Positions 41,178 through 53,360 of a DNA stretch of 64,000 nucleotides are shown here, piece by piece. The notes below the pieces were generated by a model. It was not told where the DNA came from. It searched no databases and worked only from the letters and a program-made list of their open reading frames with translations. Within the stretch, counting starts at the first letter, position 1; the number at the start of each line of letters is the position of its first letter. Source of the stretch: Escherichia coli (GTDB lineage Bacteria; Pseudomonadota; Gammaproteobacteria; Enterobacterales; Enterobacteriaceae). The translations under genes were made by a program, and so were the position numbers. Where the stretch lies: assembly GCF_050920415.1 (NCBI RefSeq), contig NZ_CP169309.1. One strand, written 5' to 3'.

Positions 41178-42383
41178 ATGACCACTATTACCAAAGAACG
41201 TATCGAATTGTTCATTAAAAATCCGCTTGATAACGGACTTACTCGTGGCGAACAAATGGAACTGGCACGAATTGCACTGGCCTCGCTTGAGGCAGAGCCA
41301 GTTGGTGCATTCCACATTGCTGAACAGCAAGTTGACGGAACAAGTGACTATCTCAAGGATGGAGAATGGCCTATTGATAATGGGATTATTGAAGTCTACG
41401 CCGCTCCGCCAGTACCGGTAGTACCTGCTGCATTACCTGAGAACGACGATGAGGACGGGCATGACATTGATTATCTTGAGCCATCTGAAGTTTACGCGCT
41501 TGGGCGAACAGCTGGCTGGAACGCCTGCCGCGTCGCCATGCTTCAGTCCGGAAACTTTCTGGAAAACAAGAATTCGTCAACCAATAATTTTCGGGAAATC
41601 GCGGAAACGTCAACCAACTCTCCGGTAATTCCTGATGAGGTGTTGTCCGCAATCCGGGAGGTTGCCAGGATTCGCGCCGATTTCGATGATTTTGACGGTG
41701 ACAGGCGAGGTATCGGTGATTGTCTGGATGAGGCCGAGCAAGAGCTTATCGTTACCATTAACAAATATGCCAGTCAGTTGGCAGTAGAGCCGGTAGTGCC
41801 TGCTGTTCTGGAACGTTTGCGAACCATTGTAGCGGACCCACGCGCATTACCTCGCAGAAAAGAATGGGTTAGTGGGCAGCAGTACAGTTACGTACTTCTC
41901 GAAAACGTAGAAGCTATGGTTGATGAAGCCTGCCGTGCAGCCATGCTCTATGGTGCCGTACATGCAAGCCAGGCTTACAAGTTGCCACAAACGCAGTTTA
42001 AACAGGTTGCTGACCTCTACGAAATGCAATTTGATGACGGTCGCACTTGTACCTTTCACACTGATGCGCAAAAGGCTGTGCAATGGCTTCAGGCGTGCGA
42101 CGGAAACAGGGTTCAGGAATACGTTAAGCTGGAACGATTGCAGAACGCACTGTCTGGCAACTCTCCGGTAACTCCGGATGGTTGGATAAGCTGTAGTGAG
42201 CGAGTGCCAGAGGACGGTCAGCACGTAATTATTTTATGTGATGGCGCATTCGTTCTTTATGCGCAATATCGGGGCGGTGAGTTTTTTGATGTCGTCCGCA
42301 ATGGTGAGGAGTTCTTCGAAACGCAGAGCCGCAATGTAACCCACTGGATGCCGCTACCAGAACCGCCGCAGGAGGCGAAATGA
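41178..42383 (+). CDS. Ead/Ea22-family protein with DUF551-like C-terminal domain
   Basis: 401-aa ORF; C-terminal WISCSERVPEDGQHVIILCDG...HWMPLPEPP. Confidence 0.55.
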   Translation: MTTITKERIELFIKNPLDNGLTRGEQMELARIALASLEAEPVGAFHIAEQQVDGTSDYLKDGEWPIDNGIIEVYAAPPVPVVPAALPENDDEDGHDIDYLEPSEVYALGRTAGWNACRVAMLQSGNFLENKNSSTNNFREIAETSTNSPVIPDEVLSAIREVARIRADFDDFDGDRRGIGDCLDEAEQELIVTINKYASQLAVEPVVPAVLERLRTIVADPRALPRRKEWVSGQQYSYVLLENVEAMVDEACRAAMLYGAVHASQAYKLPQTQFKQVADLYEMQFDDGRTCTFHTDAQKAVQWLQACDGNRVQEYVKLERLQNALSGNSPVTPDGWISCSERVPEDGQHVIILCDGAFVLYAQYRGGEFFDVVRNGEEFFETQSRNVTHWMPLPEPPQEAK

Positions 42384-42640
42384 TGAATGTAAAAGAGAAG
42401 GTTTTTCAGGTGATGCGTTCCCGGGCTGCCCTGCAAGATAAAGCTCTCGGCGGGGAATATCCATTCAGGATGGCAACCTGGAATCTGCGGTTGGCAATGG
42501 AGAAGGAATTTCCTGATGAAGAATGGCGTTCGGCAGATTTGCGCAAAATTCTTATGGAGATGGCTAAAGACGGAACAGTATCCAAAGATACCCATGCCAG
42601 CCGGATTGGTCAGGCGGTATGGAGACTGGAGGTGAGGTAA
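42380..42640 (+). CDS. hypothetical 86-aa protein
   Basis: ORF-track entry. Confidence 0.4.
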   Translation: MMNVKEKVFQVMRSRAALQDKALGGEYPFRMATWNLRLAMEKEFPDEEWRSADLRKILMEMAKDGTVSKDTHASRIGQAVWRLEVR

Positions 42641-42924
42641 TGGCTAACCTGCAACTTGCCGTTAAATGTGAATACTTCGATGCCATGATTCGTGGAGAGA
42701 AAACGGAAGAGTATCGCTTGTGTAATGACTACTGGAATAAGCGAATTATGTTCCGCGAGTACGACCGCCTGATTATCACAAAGGGATATCCGAAGCGCGA
42801 CGACTCCAGTCGTAGAATTGACGTCCCGTATGACGGATATGAAATCAAGACAATCATACATCCACACTTCGGTGATAAACCGGTAAAGGTGTTCGCGATA
42901 AAGGTGAATATCGGCAATGAATAA
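42640..42924 (+). CDS. hypothetical 94-aa protein (possibly ASCH-like)
   Basis: ORF 42619..42924, start placed at MANLQLAVKCEYFDAMIRGEKTEEYR with SD GGAGGTGAGG. Confidence 0.4.
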   Translation: MANLQLAVKCEYFDAMIRGEKTEEYRLCNDYWNKRIMFREYDRLIITKGYPKRDDSSRRIDVPYDGYEIKTIIHPHFGDKPVKVFAIKVNIGNE

Positions 42925-42995
42925 CATCCTCGCACTCGCGGGGATTTCTTTTATCTGAACTCGCTACGGCGGGTTTTGTTTTATGGAGATGATAA

Positions 42996-43163
42996 ATGCA
43001 CTTCCGAGTCACAGGTGAATGGAATGGAGAGCCATTCAACAGAGTTATCGAAGCAGAGAACATCAACGACTGCTATGACCACTGGATGCTGTGGGCGCAG
43101 ATAGCACATGCAGACGTAACCAATATTCGAATTGAAGAACTGAAAGAACACCAAGCCGCCTGA
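42996..43163 (+). CDS. hypothetical 55-aa protein upstream of xis
   Basis: Hand-translated MHFRVTGEWNGEPFNRVIEAENINDCYDHWMLWAQIAHADVTNIRIEELKEHQAA. Confidence 0.4.
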   Translation: MHFRVTGEWNGEPFNRVIEAENINDCYDHWMLWAQIAHADVTNIRIEELKEHQAA

Positions 43164-43176
43164 TGGCGGTTTTTTC
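43155..43176 (+). terminator. rho-independent terminator-like hairpin upstream of xis
   Basis: GCCGCC-tgat-GGCGGT followed by TTTTTTC. Confidence 0.5.
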
Positions 43177-43202
43177 TTGCGTGTAATTGCGGAGACTTTG
43201 CG

Positions 43203-43421
43203 ATGTACTTGACACTTCAGGAGTGGAACGCTCGCCAGCGACGCCCAAGAAGCCTTGAAACAGTTCGTCGATGGGTGCGCGAATGCAGGATATTCCCTCC
43301 TCCGGTTAAGGATGGAAGAGAATATCTGTTCCACGAATCAGCGGTAAAGGTTGACTTAAATCGACCAGTAACAGGTAGCCTTTTGAAGAGGATCAGAAAT
43401 GGGAAGAAGGCGAAGTCATGA
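43203..43421 (+). CDS. xis: excisionase Xis (lambda-type)
   Basis: 72-aa ORF MYLTLQEWNARQRRPRSLETVRRWVRECRIFPPPVKDGREYLFHESAVKVDLNRPVTGSLLKRIRNGKKAKS matches lambda Xis. Confidence 0.95.
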   Translation: MYLTLQEWNARQRRPRSLETVRRWVRECRIFPPPVKDGREYLFHESAVKVDLNRPVTGSLLKRIRNGKKAKS

Positions 43422-44469
43422 GCGCCGGGATTTACCCCCTAACCTTTATATAAGAAACAATGGATATTACTGCTACAGGGACCCAAGGACGGGTAAAGAG
43501 TTTGGATTAGGCAGAGACAGGCGAATCGCAATCACTGAAGCCATACAGGCCAACATTGAGTTATTTTCAGGACACAAACACAAGCCTCTGACAGCGAGAA
43601 TCAACAGTGATAATTCCGTTACGTTACATTCATGGCTTGATCGCTACGAAAAAATCCTGGCCAGCAGAGGAATCAAGCAGAAGACACTCATAAATTACAT
43701 GAGCAAAATTAAAGCAATAAGGAGGGGGCTGCCTGATGCTCCACTTGAAGACATCACCACAAAAGAAATTGCGGCAATGCTCAATGGATACATAGACGAG
43801 GGCAAGGCGGCGTCAGCCAAGTTAATCAGATCAACACTGAGCGATGCATTCCGAGAGGCAATAGCTGAAGGCCATATAACAACAAACCCTGTCGCTGCCA
43901 CTCGCGCAGCAAAATCAGAGGTAAGGAGATCAAGACTTACGGCTGACGAATACCTGAAAATTTATCAAGCAGCAGAATCATCACCATGTTGGCTCAGACT
44001 TGCAATGGAACTGGCTGTTGTTACCGGGCAACGAGTTGGTGATTTATGCGAAATGAAGTGGTCTGATATCGTAGATGGATATCTTTATGTCGAGCAAAGC
44101 AAAACAGGCGTAAAAATTGCCATCCCAACAACATTGCATGTTGATGCTCTCGGGATATCAATGAAGGAAACACTTGATAAATGCAAAGAGATTCTTGGCG
44201 GAGAAACCATAATTGCATCTACTCGTCGTGAACCGCTTTCATCCGGCACAGTATCAAGGTATTTTATGCGCGCACGAAAAGCATCAGGTCTTTCCTTCGA
44301 AGGGGATCCGCCTACCTTTCACGAGTTGCGCAGTTTGTCTGCAAGACTCTATGAGAAGCAGATAAGCGATAAGTTTGCTCAACATCTTCTCGGGCATAAG
44401 TCGGACACCATGGCATCACAGTATCGTGATGACAGAGGCAGGGAGTGGGACAAAATTGAAATCAAATAA
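43399..44469 (+). CDS. int: integrase Int (lambda-type tyrosine recombinase)
   Basis: 356-aa ORF MGRRRSHERRDLPPNLYIRNNGYYCYRDPRTGKEFGLGRDRRIAITEAIQANIELFSG... matches lambda Int. Confidence 0.96.
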   Translation: MGRRRSHERRDLPPNLYIRNNGYYCYRDPRTGKEFGLGRDRRIAITEAIQANIELFSGHKHKPLTARINSDNSVTLHSWLDRYEKILASRGIKQKTLINYMSKIKAIRRGLPDAPLEDITTKEIAAMLNGYIDEGKAASAKLIRSTLSDAFREAIAEGHITTNPVAATRAAKSEVRRSRLTADEYLKIYQAAESSPCWLRLAMELAVVTGQRVGDLCEMKWSDIVDGYLYVEQSKTGVKIAIPTTLHVDALGISMKETLDKCKEILGGETIIASTRREPLSSGTVSRYFMRARKASGLSFEGDPPTFHELRSLSARLYEKQISDKFAQHLLGHKSDTMASQYRDDRGREWDKIEIK

Positions 44470-44542
44470 TGATTTTATTTTGACTGATAGTGACCTGTTC
44501 GTTGCAACAAATTGATAAGCAATGCTTTTTTATAATGCCAAC

Positions 44543-44557
44543 TTAGTATAAAAAAGC
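44543..44557. other. attL core (lambda att common core, int-proximal junction) with lambda P-prime arm at 44470-44542
   Basis: TTAGTATAAAAAAGC identical to the 5123-5137 copy; adjacent sequence reads as lambda attP P-prime arm. Confidence 0.88.
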
Positions 44558-44603
44558 AGGCTTCAACGGATTCATTTTTCTATTTCATAGCCCGGAGCAA
44601 CCT

Positions 44604-45887
44604 GTGAATACATTTTCAGTTTCCCGTCTGGCGCTGGCATTGGCTTTTGGCGTGACGCTGACCGCCTGTAGCTCAACACCACCCGATCAACGTCCTTCTG
44701 ATCAAACCGCGCCTGGTACCTCTTCTCGCCCGATTCTGTCGGCAAAAGAAGCGCAGAATTTCGATGCTCAACACTATTTTGCGTCCCTGACGCCGGGCGC
44801 AGCATCATGGAATCCATCACCGATTACTCTGCCTGCACAACCTGACTTTGTTGTCGGCCCGGCGGGTACTCCGGGTGTAACGCATACCACGATTCAGGCG
44901 GCGGTAGATGCGGCAATTATCAAGCGCACCAACAAGCGCCAGTATATTGCCGTGATGCCTGGTGAATATCAGGGAACGGTGTATGTCCCTGCCGCTCCGG
45001 GTGGAATTACTCTGTACGGTACAGGTGAAAAACCGATTGATGTGAAGATTGGGCTTTCCCTTGATGGGGGCATGAGCCCTGCCGACTGGCGTCACGACGT
45101 CAACCCGCGCGGCAAATATATGCCAGGTAAACCAGCGTGGTATATGTACGATAGCTGCCAGAGCAAACGCAGCGACAGTATCGGCGTTCTCTGCTCTGCG
45201 GTCTTCTGGTCACAAAACAATGGCCTGCAACTGCAAAACCTGACCATCGAAAACACGCTGGGTGATAGCGTAGATGCGGGTAACCATCCGGCGGTGGCAC
45301 TGCGTACTGATGGCGACAAAGTGCAGATCAATAACGTCAACATTCTCGGTCGTCAGAATACATTCTTTGTCACCAACAGTGGTGTGCAAAACCGTCTGGA
45401 AACCAACCGTCAGCCGCGTACTCTGGTGACCAACAGTTACATTGAAGGGGATGTGGATATCGTTTCTGGTCGCGGCGCAGTGGTGTTCGATAATACCGAA
45501 TTCCGCGTGGTGAACTCACGTACTCAGCAAGAAGCGTATGTGTTTGCACCGGCTACGCTGTCTAACATCTATTACGGTTTCCTCGCCGTAAACAGCCGTT
45601 TCAATGCTTCCGGTGATGGCGTGGCGCAACTGGGCCGCTCGCTGGATGTTGATGCCAATACCAACGGTCAGGTGGTGATCCGTGATAGCGCCATCAACGA
45701 AGGTTTTAACACGGCTAAACCGTGGGCCGATGCGGTGATTTCCAATCGTCCGTTTGCGGGTAATACTGGCAACGTTGATGATAACGACGAAGTACAGCGT
45801 AATCTGAATGACACTAACTACAACCGCATGTGGGAATACAATAACCGCGGCGTGGGTAGCAAAGTGGTTGCAGAGGCGAAGAAGTAA
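44604..45887 (+). CDS. ybhC: outer-membrane lipoprotein YbhC (pectinesterase-like)
   Basis: 427-aa ORF MNTFSVSRLALALAFGVTLTACSSTPPDQRPSDQTAPG... with lipobox LTAC. Confidence 0.93.
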   Translation: MNTFSVSRLALALAFGVTLTACSSTPPDQRPSDQTAPGTSSRPILSAKEAQNFDAQHYFASLTPGAASWNPSPITLPAQPDFVVGPAGTPGVTHTTIQAAVDAAIIKRTNKRQYIAVMPGEYQGTVYVPAAPGGITLYGTGEKPIDVKIGLSLDGGMSPADWRHDVNPRGKYMPGKPAWYMYDSCQSKRSDSIGVLCSAVFWSQNNGLQLQNLTIENTLGDSVDAGNHPAVALRTDGDKVQINNVNILGRQNTFFVTNSGVQNRLETNRQPRTLVTNSYIEGDVDIVSGRGAVVFDNTEFRVVNSRTQQEAYVFAPATLSNIYYGFLAVNSRFNASGDGVAQLGRSLDVDANTNGQVVIRDSAINEGFNTAKPWADAVISNRPFAGNTGNVDDNDEVQRNLNDTNYNRMWEYNNRGVGSKVVAEAKK

Positions 45888-45899
45888 AAGCGATTAACT

Positions 45900-46015
<116 letters not shown>

Positions 46016-46027
46016 ACATGGCGCTTT

Positions 46028-48289
46028 TTACATCTGACGGTTTTTATTGAAGTTAATCAAACTACCCGCCTTGATAATCTCGCGCTCTTCAGCAGTCAGA
46101 CTTTCCATATAGAGCGTAATCTCTGTTACCGGCGCATCTTCATGGATCACATAACCTTTAAACGTCGTCCCCGGATTATCCAGCGCCGCTTTAATGCCAA
46201 GGATGTAAATGTAATCCCCCACTTCAAACGTTGGTGCTTCCGCCATTTGCAGCGGTAACATCCCCCAGTTGATGACGTTAGAACGGTAGCGTTTAGTCGC
46301 GTATTCCTCGGCAATATTCGCCAGACCGCCAATCACACGCTGGCAGCTCGCCGCCTGCTCACGCGCAGACCCATCGCCTGGTTTCACCGCATAGACCATG
46401 CTGCCAATTTCAGTTTGCAGCGGATCAATATGCTCCTGACCAGCAATCTGCTTAATGCGCGCAAACACCTCTGTCAGCTCGCTGACATTGCCCGCCAGAC
46501 GCTGATTTTCCAGCTCGGCAGTCGCTTTACTTCTGCCAACATAACCTGGATCGCGGCGTGACAGGGTAAACTCCGCCAAACCAATCGGATTTGAACGATA
46601 AGAAGAGGTTTCACCGGAAGGAATCAATTCGTCGGTGGTGGTCACTTCGTCGAGGATCTTCGAGCACACTTTGAGGACGATATTGTCAGTCAGCGCCCCC
46701 AATTCCGGCCAGTCTTTGATGTTCGGTCCGTAGATCAGCGATTGCTGGGTCGCCCCTTTCACAAAGCCCTGATAGACGCGATTTTTATACAGCGTGACAT
46801 CGAAGGCATACTCCGGCACGATGTCCCAGCAGTCCAATTCACTTGCAGAGGTTAAATAACCACCGTTTGCGGCTGTTGCAGCGATAGAACGGGCATCCAT
46901 CAACGCCACCGCTGACATCTGACCGTTGGCTGGCTTAGAGCCTTCGCGGTTCGGGAAGTTACGCGTGGTGTGGCGAATACTCAAACCGTTGTTGATTGGC
47001 GTGTCGCCCGCGCCAAAGCATGGGCCGCAAAACGCAGTTCTGATGATTGCACCTGCGCCAATCAAATCTGCTACCACGCCTTTTTTGGCTAAATCCATAA
47101 ACACCGGCTGTGATGATGGATAAACCGCCAGCGAGAAGGTGTCATTGCCACAGGATTGACCGCGCAGCGCATTAGCTGCAGCGATAACGTTTTCATAGTT
47201 ACCGCCAGAACAGCCCGCGATAATCCCCTGCTGCACTTTCAGGCGACCATTTTCGACTTTATCCAGCAATGAGAGTTTGGCTTTCCCGTGCGCCACGCGC
47301 TCGGACTCAATTTCAATCTCACGCAGAATGTCAGTCAGGTTCTGGTTCAGCATGTCGATTTCATACACGTTGCTCGGGTGGAACGGCAGCGCAATCATTG
47401 GTTTGATGGCACTCAAATCAACGCTGATGCAGCCATCGTAGTACGCCATCGGTTGAGGGTTAAGCTGACAATAATCCTGGCCGCGACCGTGCAGCGCCAG
47501 CCAGTTATGGACTTCTTCATCAGTTTGCCAGACAGAACTTAAACAGGTAGTTTCAGTGGTCATCACGTCAACGCTGTTACGGAAATCGGTAGAGAGCGCT
47601 GCAACACCGGGCCCCACGAATTCCATCACTTTGTTTTTGACGTAGCCGTTTTTGAACACGGCACCAATGATAGCCAGCGCCACATCCTGCGGCCCCACAT
47701 ACGGCGCAGGTTTTCCGGTCAAATGCACCGCAACAACTCCCGGATAGTCGATATCCCAGGTGTCATTAAGCAGCTGTTTTACCAACTCACCGCCACCCTC
47801 ACCGACTGCCATTGTCCCTAATGCACCGTAACGGGTGTGGCTGTCTGACCCGAGGATCATTTTGCCGCCTCCTGCCATCATCTCACGCATATATTGATGG
47901 ATGACCGCAATATGCGGAGGCACAAAAATACCGCCATAACGCTGCGCTGCCGATAAACCAAAAACATGGTCATCACCGTTAATGGTGCCGCCGACGGCGC
48001 AGAGTGAGTTATGGCAGTTGGTCAGCACATACGGCAGCGGGAAACGTTCCATACCGGACGCTTTAGCGGTCTGTACAATACCAACAAAGGTAATATCGTG
48101 AGAGGCTAATGAATCAAACTTAATTTTAAGTTTATCCATATTTCCGGACGTATTATGAGAAGAGAGAATAGACCAGGCAATAGTGCCTTTTTTTGCTTCT
48201 TCTTTTTTAATTTCGCCTCTGAAATGTTCTTCGGCAATTATTTCGTTATTACTGGCGAGAAATACGCCTTTTTCAGATAACTTGATCAT
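46028..48289 (-). CDS. ybhJ: aconitase-family protein YbhJ
   Basis: ORF 46028..48313; product ~753 aa from [31 protein letters not shown]... Confidence 0.9.
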   Translation of the reverse strand: MIKLSEKGVFLASNNEIIAEEHFRGEIKKEEAKKGTIAWSILSSHNTSGNMDKLKIKFDSLASHDITFVGIVQTAKASGMERFPLPYVLTNCHNSLCAVGGTINGDDHVFGLSAAQRYGGIFVPPHIAVIHQYMREMMAGGGKMILGSDSHTRYGALGTMAVGEGGGELVKQLLNDTWDIDYPGVVAVHLTGKPAPYVGPQDVALAIIGAVFKNGYVKNKVMEFVGPGVAALSTDFRNSVDVMTTETTCLSSVWQTDEEVHNWLALHGRGQDYCQLNPQPMAYYDGCISVDLSAIKPMIALPFHPSNVYEIDMLNQNLTDILREIEIESERVAHGKAKLSLLDKVENGRLKVQQGIIAGCSGGNYENVIAAANALRGQSCGNDTFSLAVYPSSQPVFMDLAKKGVVADLIGAGAIIRTAFCGPCFGAGDTPINNGLSIRHTTRNFPNREGSKPANGQMSAVALMDARSIAATAANGGYLTSASELDCWDIVPEYAFDVTLYKNRVYQGFVKGATQQSLIYGPNIKDWPELGALTDNIVLKVCSKILDEVTTTDELIPSGETSSYRSNPIGLAEFTLSRRDPGYVGRSKATAELENQRLAGNVSELTEVFARIKQIAGQEHIDPLQTEIGSMVYAVKPGDGSAREQAASCQRVIGGLANIAEEYATKRYRSNVINWGMLPLQMAEAPTFEVGDYIYILGIKAALDNPGTTFKGYVIHEDAPVTEITLYMESLTAEEREIIKAGSLINFNKNRQM

Positions 48290-48471
48290 CAAATGCTCCA
48301 GATATCTGCGCACCGTTAAGTGCGCAGAAAGATAATAAATGGATATACTCTAAATAATTCGAGTTGCAGGAAGGCGGCAAGCGAGTGAATCCCCAGGAGC
48401 TTACATAAGTAAGTGACTGGGGTGAGCGAACGCAGACGCAGCACATGCAACTTGAAGTATGACGAGTATAT

Positions 48472-49905
48472 TTACAGCATGTTCCAGCCGATCAGCATAT
48501 TCCACCACCACACGCCGAGGGTGATATGTACCAGGAAGGTTAATATCGTCAGTACCGCACCGACCAACCACCAGGATTTAATATCGTTATAGCCTACGCC
48601 GAAGATGACCGGACCTGCCGCACCGCCATAGTGAGTAACCATGCCGCCATAGGAGTTGGAGAAAAGCAGCGCCAGCGCAGTTAACATTAACGGTGCGCCG
48701 GAGACGTTCGCCAGCATGGCAAATACCGGTAACATGGCAACGATATAGGCACTACCGGAAGCAAAGAAATAACGCACGATGATGCTAAGGAAAATAATAA
48801 CGAAGAAAGCTACGTTACCATGACCGTCAAATGCCAGGTTATTTTTAAAGACTTCAGCTAACCATTCGAAGAATTTAACTTTCGATAATAAGGAGCTTAA
48901 GCCGATAATACCGCCGTACCAGATTAAGGTATTCCAGCCGCCTTTATTTTTCACCACGTCTTCCCAGGTAACGATCCCCAGCAGCAGCATGGTCGCCATA
49001 ACAACGATTGCCACAGTGGATTCATCTACCCCGAGCGTTTTACTGAAAATCCAGCCCAGCAGCGCCAGCACGAAGACACCGAGCAGCATTTTTTCGCGGA
49101 TTTTCATCGGCCCCAGCTCAGCAAGGCCCGCTTTGGCGATGGTTTTGTTATCCACTTTCTTAATTTCTGGCGGATACATGGTGTAAATCACCAGCGGAGT
49201 GACCAGTAGCATAATGATGCCAGGCAATCCAGCAGCCAGCGCCCATCCACCCCAACTAATTTGTAGGTGCAGAATATCATTGATCATTTTCAGCGCCAGA
49301 ATGTTCCCCGCCATTGCGGTAAAGAACATATAGCTGGTGGTTTTAGTGACCATGTAAATGGACATCATCAGGTAATGTCCAACACGACGTGGGCTTTTTT
49401 CAGGTTCTGACCCCAAAGCCACCGCCACGCTGTTGATGATCGGTAACACAATGCCGCCCGCACGCGCGGTGTTAGACGGTGTTGCCGGAGCCAGTACCAG
49501 ATCGAGGAATACCGTAACGTAACCCAGCCCCAGGGTAGTGCTACCAATTTTGCCAATCAATAAATAGGCAATACGTTTACCTAACCCTGTGGTCACAAAT
49601 GCGGCACTTAAGGTAAACGCCGAGAATACCAGCCAGGTGGTACCTGAAGAGTAACCGCTTAATACGGCGGTAGTCTTAAATGCACCATCGGATAAATTAC
49701 CGACCACCACCATGGAGGCAGCAACGGCAATTAACAGTACGACAGGTTCCGGGAAAGGCTTGATAACCAGCCCCACAATGGCCGCCAGGTAAATACCAAA
49801 AAGCACCCACGCCAGTTCGCTTAATCCTGCCGGAGCTGGCATAAAGCCAATAATACATGGGATCGCTAATATCAGAATTAGCTTCCATAACGATTTCTTA
49901 TTCAT
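48472..49905 (-). CDS. ybhI: DASS-family anion:sodium symporter YbhI
   Basis: 477-aa multi-TM ORF MNKKSLWKLILILAIPCIIGFMPAPAG... Confidence 0.9.
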   Translation of the reverse strand: MNKKSLWKLILILAIPCIIGFMPAPAGLSELAWVLFGIYLAAIVGLVIKPFPEPVVLLIAVAASMVVVGNLSDGAFKTTAVLSGYSSGTTWLVFSAFTLSAAFVTTGLGKRIAYLLIGKIGSTTLGLGYVTVFLDLVLAPATPSNTARAGGIVLPIINSVAVALGSEPEKSPRRVGHYLMMSIYMVTKTTSYMFFTAMAGNILALKMINDILHLQISWGGWALAAGLPGIIMLLVTPLVIYTMYPPEIKKVDNKTIAKAGLAELGPMKIREKMLLGVFVLALLGWIFSKTLGVDESTVAIVVMATMLLLGIVTWEDVVKNKGGWNTLIWYGGIIGLSSLLSKVKFFEWLAEVFKNNLAFDGHGNVAFFVIIFLSIIVRYFFASGSAYIVAMLPVFAMLANVSGAPLMLTALALLFSNSYGGMVTHYGGAAGPVIFGVGYNDIKSWWLVGAVLTILTFLVHITLGVWWWNMLIGWNML

Positions 49906-49980
49906 TTAAAATCCTGTTCTTTCTGTATGACTCATACAGAAGTCCTTTATTGATTGTCCTTATCCTGACAACGAATATTT

Positions 49981-51033
49981 TCAGGGAAGATAAACTTCAC
50001 CGGAAAATATTTTTCTGGTTGTCCGAATAACAGATGCGCGTAACGTCGTGGCATCCTGACCTTCATTACTTAAATGAACGTCGAGTGCACCACTGGGGTG
50101 TTCAATATTGATATTGCCGTATCCTACAGAAGGGACGATTTGTCGGGTGACGGTGCCTTCCAATGCACAACTACTGGAAATAGCAATAGCACCGGTTATC
50201 GCCAGCGCGCGATGGCAAGAATGCGGCATAAAATAACGCACATTAATTGCCCCGCCTTTCTGCGCAGGAGAAATAAGCACAGGTTTAGGGATAACCATAT
50301 TACTGACATCGCCTAAGCCCATTGCTTTACCCGCTTGTAGGCGGATAGATTCAATGCGGGCTAATAATGTTTTGTCGGCATCCAGTTCCGCCGGTAATTC
50401 ATAGCCTGTTTTACCCAAATAATCAGCCGGAATAATGACGACTGGCATCGCCATATCGATACAAGTCACTGGAACATCGTCAAAATAATCAATCTGATTA
50501 TCAGTCGGGAAGACTTTTCCGGTTTTGGTTCCAGCGGCATTCAGGAAAGTGAGCGCAACCGGTGCGGCAGTACCCGGTACGCCGTCAATTCTGGCGCTAC
50601 CCTCGTACTCGACAACACCATTTGGCGTTTGCACATCAGCTTCGATGAACGTACCCGTATTGACGTTGCGGATACATACGCGGGTAACTGGCGAAGTCGC
50701 TGCAATCAAACCATTTTCAATGGCGAATGCCCCAACGCCAGACAGCATATTGCCGCAGTTAGGCGTGGTATCGACACGTTGCTCATGGACGATAACCTGA
50801 GCAAACAGATAATCGACGTCAGCACGCGGATCGCTGGAACGGCTAATTATGGCGACTTTACTGGTCAGTGGATTACCGCCGCCAATACCGTCAATTTCCA
50901 GATCGTTACCGGAACCCATAATTGCCATCAATATTTTATCGCGCTGCGTTTGATCTTCGGGTAGATGTTCCGCTAACAGGAACGCGCCCCTCGAGGTTCC
51001 ACCTCGCATCATCACGCAGGGTATTTTTTTCAT
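49981..51033 (-). CDS. ybhH: PrpF/AcnD-accessory-like isomerase YbhH
   Basis: 350-aa ORF MKKIPCVMMRGGTSRGAFLLAEHLPEDQTQRDKILMAIMGSGN... Confidence 0.9.
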   Translation of the reverse strand: MKKIPCVMMRGGTSRGAFLLAEHLPEDQTQRDKILMAIMGSGNDLEIDGIGGGNPLTSKVAIISRSSDPRADVDYLFAQVIVHEQRVDTTPNCGNMLSGVGAFAIENGLIAATSPVTRVCIRNVNTGTFIEADVQTPNGVVEYEGSARIDGVPGTAAPVALTFLNAAGTKTGKVFPTDNQIDYFDDVPVTCIDMAMPVVIIPADYLGKTGYELPAELDADKTLLARIESIRLQAGKAMGLGDVSNMVIPKPVLISPAQKGGAINVRYFMPHSCHRALAITGAIAISSSCALEGTVTRQIVPSVGYGNINIEHPSGALDVHLSNEGQDATTLRASVIRTTRKIFSGEVYLP

Positions 51034-51216
51034 AATAATGCCCTCAATTTAAAAACATAACTTATTGCGATATGGTTACATTAAGGGCAAAGCATCTCTA
51101 ATGACTTTAGCTCAACGATTAATAACATTTTTTCATTAATTTAAGTTGGCTAAATGCAGTTAAAATTTTTAACTGCCTGTCATCCAAAATCGTCGCATCC
51201 ATTTTTCGGAGTAATA

Positions 51217-52170
51217 ATGAAGCATGAATTATCAAGTATGAAGGCATTTGTCATACTGGCAGAGTCCAGTTCATTTAACAATGCTGCTAAATTACTCAAT
51301 ATTACGCAACCTGCATTAACGCGAAGAATAAAAAAGATGGAAGAGGATTTACATATTCAACTATTTGAGCGTACAACTCGCAAGGTTACGTTAACAAAAG
51401 CAGGAAAAAGGTTGCTCCCGGAGGCGCGGGAATTAATAAAGAAATTCGATGAAACGCTTTTTAATATTCGTGATATGAATGCTTATCATCGTGGTATGGT
51501 GACGTTAGCGTGTATTCCGACCGCAGTATTTTATTTTTTACCACTGGCAATCGGTAAATTTAATGAGCTGTATCCCAATATTAAAGTGCGGATTCTGGAA
51601 CAAGGCACGAATAATTGCATGGAATCGGTGCTGTGTAACGAATCAGACTTTGGCATAAACATGAACAACGTCACAAATTCATCCATTGATTTTACCCCAC
51701 TGGTCAACGAGCCGTTTGTGCTGGCCTGTCGGCGTGACCACCCATTAGCCAAAAAGCAGCTTGTAGAATGGCAGGAGTTAGTGGGTTACAAAATGATTGG
51801 CGTACGCTCCTCCAGCGGCAACCGACTTTTGATAGAACAACAGCTGGCCGACAAGCCCTGGAAGCTGGACTGGTTTTACGAAGTGCGTCATCTTTCGACG
51901 TCATTAGGACTGGTGGAGGCGGGACTGGGGATTTCGGCGCTTCCTGGTCTGGCAATGCCCCATGCACCCTATTCTTCGATTATTGGTATCCCGCTGGTGG
52001 AACCGGTTATACGTCGGACATTGGGGATTATTCGCCGCAAAGATGCCGTGCTTTCTCCGGCTGCAGAACGCTTTTTTGCCTTGCTGATTAATTTATGGAC
52101 CGACGATAAAGACAACTTGTGGACCAATATCGTCGAACGCCAGAGACATGCGTTACAGGAAATAGGTTAA
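51217..52170 (+). CDS. ybhD: LysR-family transcriptional regulator YbhD
   Basis: ORF 51154..52170; from MKHELSSMKAFVILAESSSFNNAAKLLNITQPALTRRIKKMEE (HTH), 317 aa. Confidence 0.9.
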   Translation: MKHELSSMKAFVILAESSSFNNAAKLLNITQPALTRRIKKMEEDLHIQLFERTTRKVTLTKAGKRLLPEARELIKKFDETLFNIRDMNAYHRGMVTLACIPTAVFYFLPLAIGKFNELYPNIKVRILEQGTNNCMESVLCNESDFGINMNNVTNSSIDFTPLVNEPFVLACRRDHPLAKKQLVEWQELVGYKMIGVRSSSGNRLLIEQQLADKPWKLDWFYEVRHLSTSLGLVEAGLGISALPGLAMPHAPYSSIIGIPLVEPVIRRTLGIIRRKDAVLSPAAERFFALLINLWTDDKDNLWTNIVERQRHALQEIG

Positions 52171-52210
52171 TACACCGGCGCAGGAGAGACTGCGCCGGGT
52201 GAATCAGCGG

Positions 52211-53242
<1,032 letters not shown>

Positions 53243-53360
53243 CTAAAATTAGTCGCTTTTGGCGGTGAATGCTGAATTAAAACGCAGAATTTTGTCCGAT
53301 AGTGGTATCGGTGTACCATTCGCGCAGACGAAAATTCTTAACCTTAATCTGGAATACGCC

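Noticed and set aside
41543-42224. Minus-strand ORFs (73, 88, 125 aa) within the DUF551-like early gene
   Set aside because: They are opposite to the direction of the entire int-proximal early operon and overlap a well-supported plus-strand gene; treated as chance ORFs.
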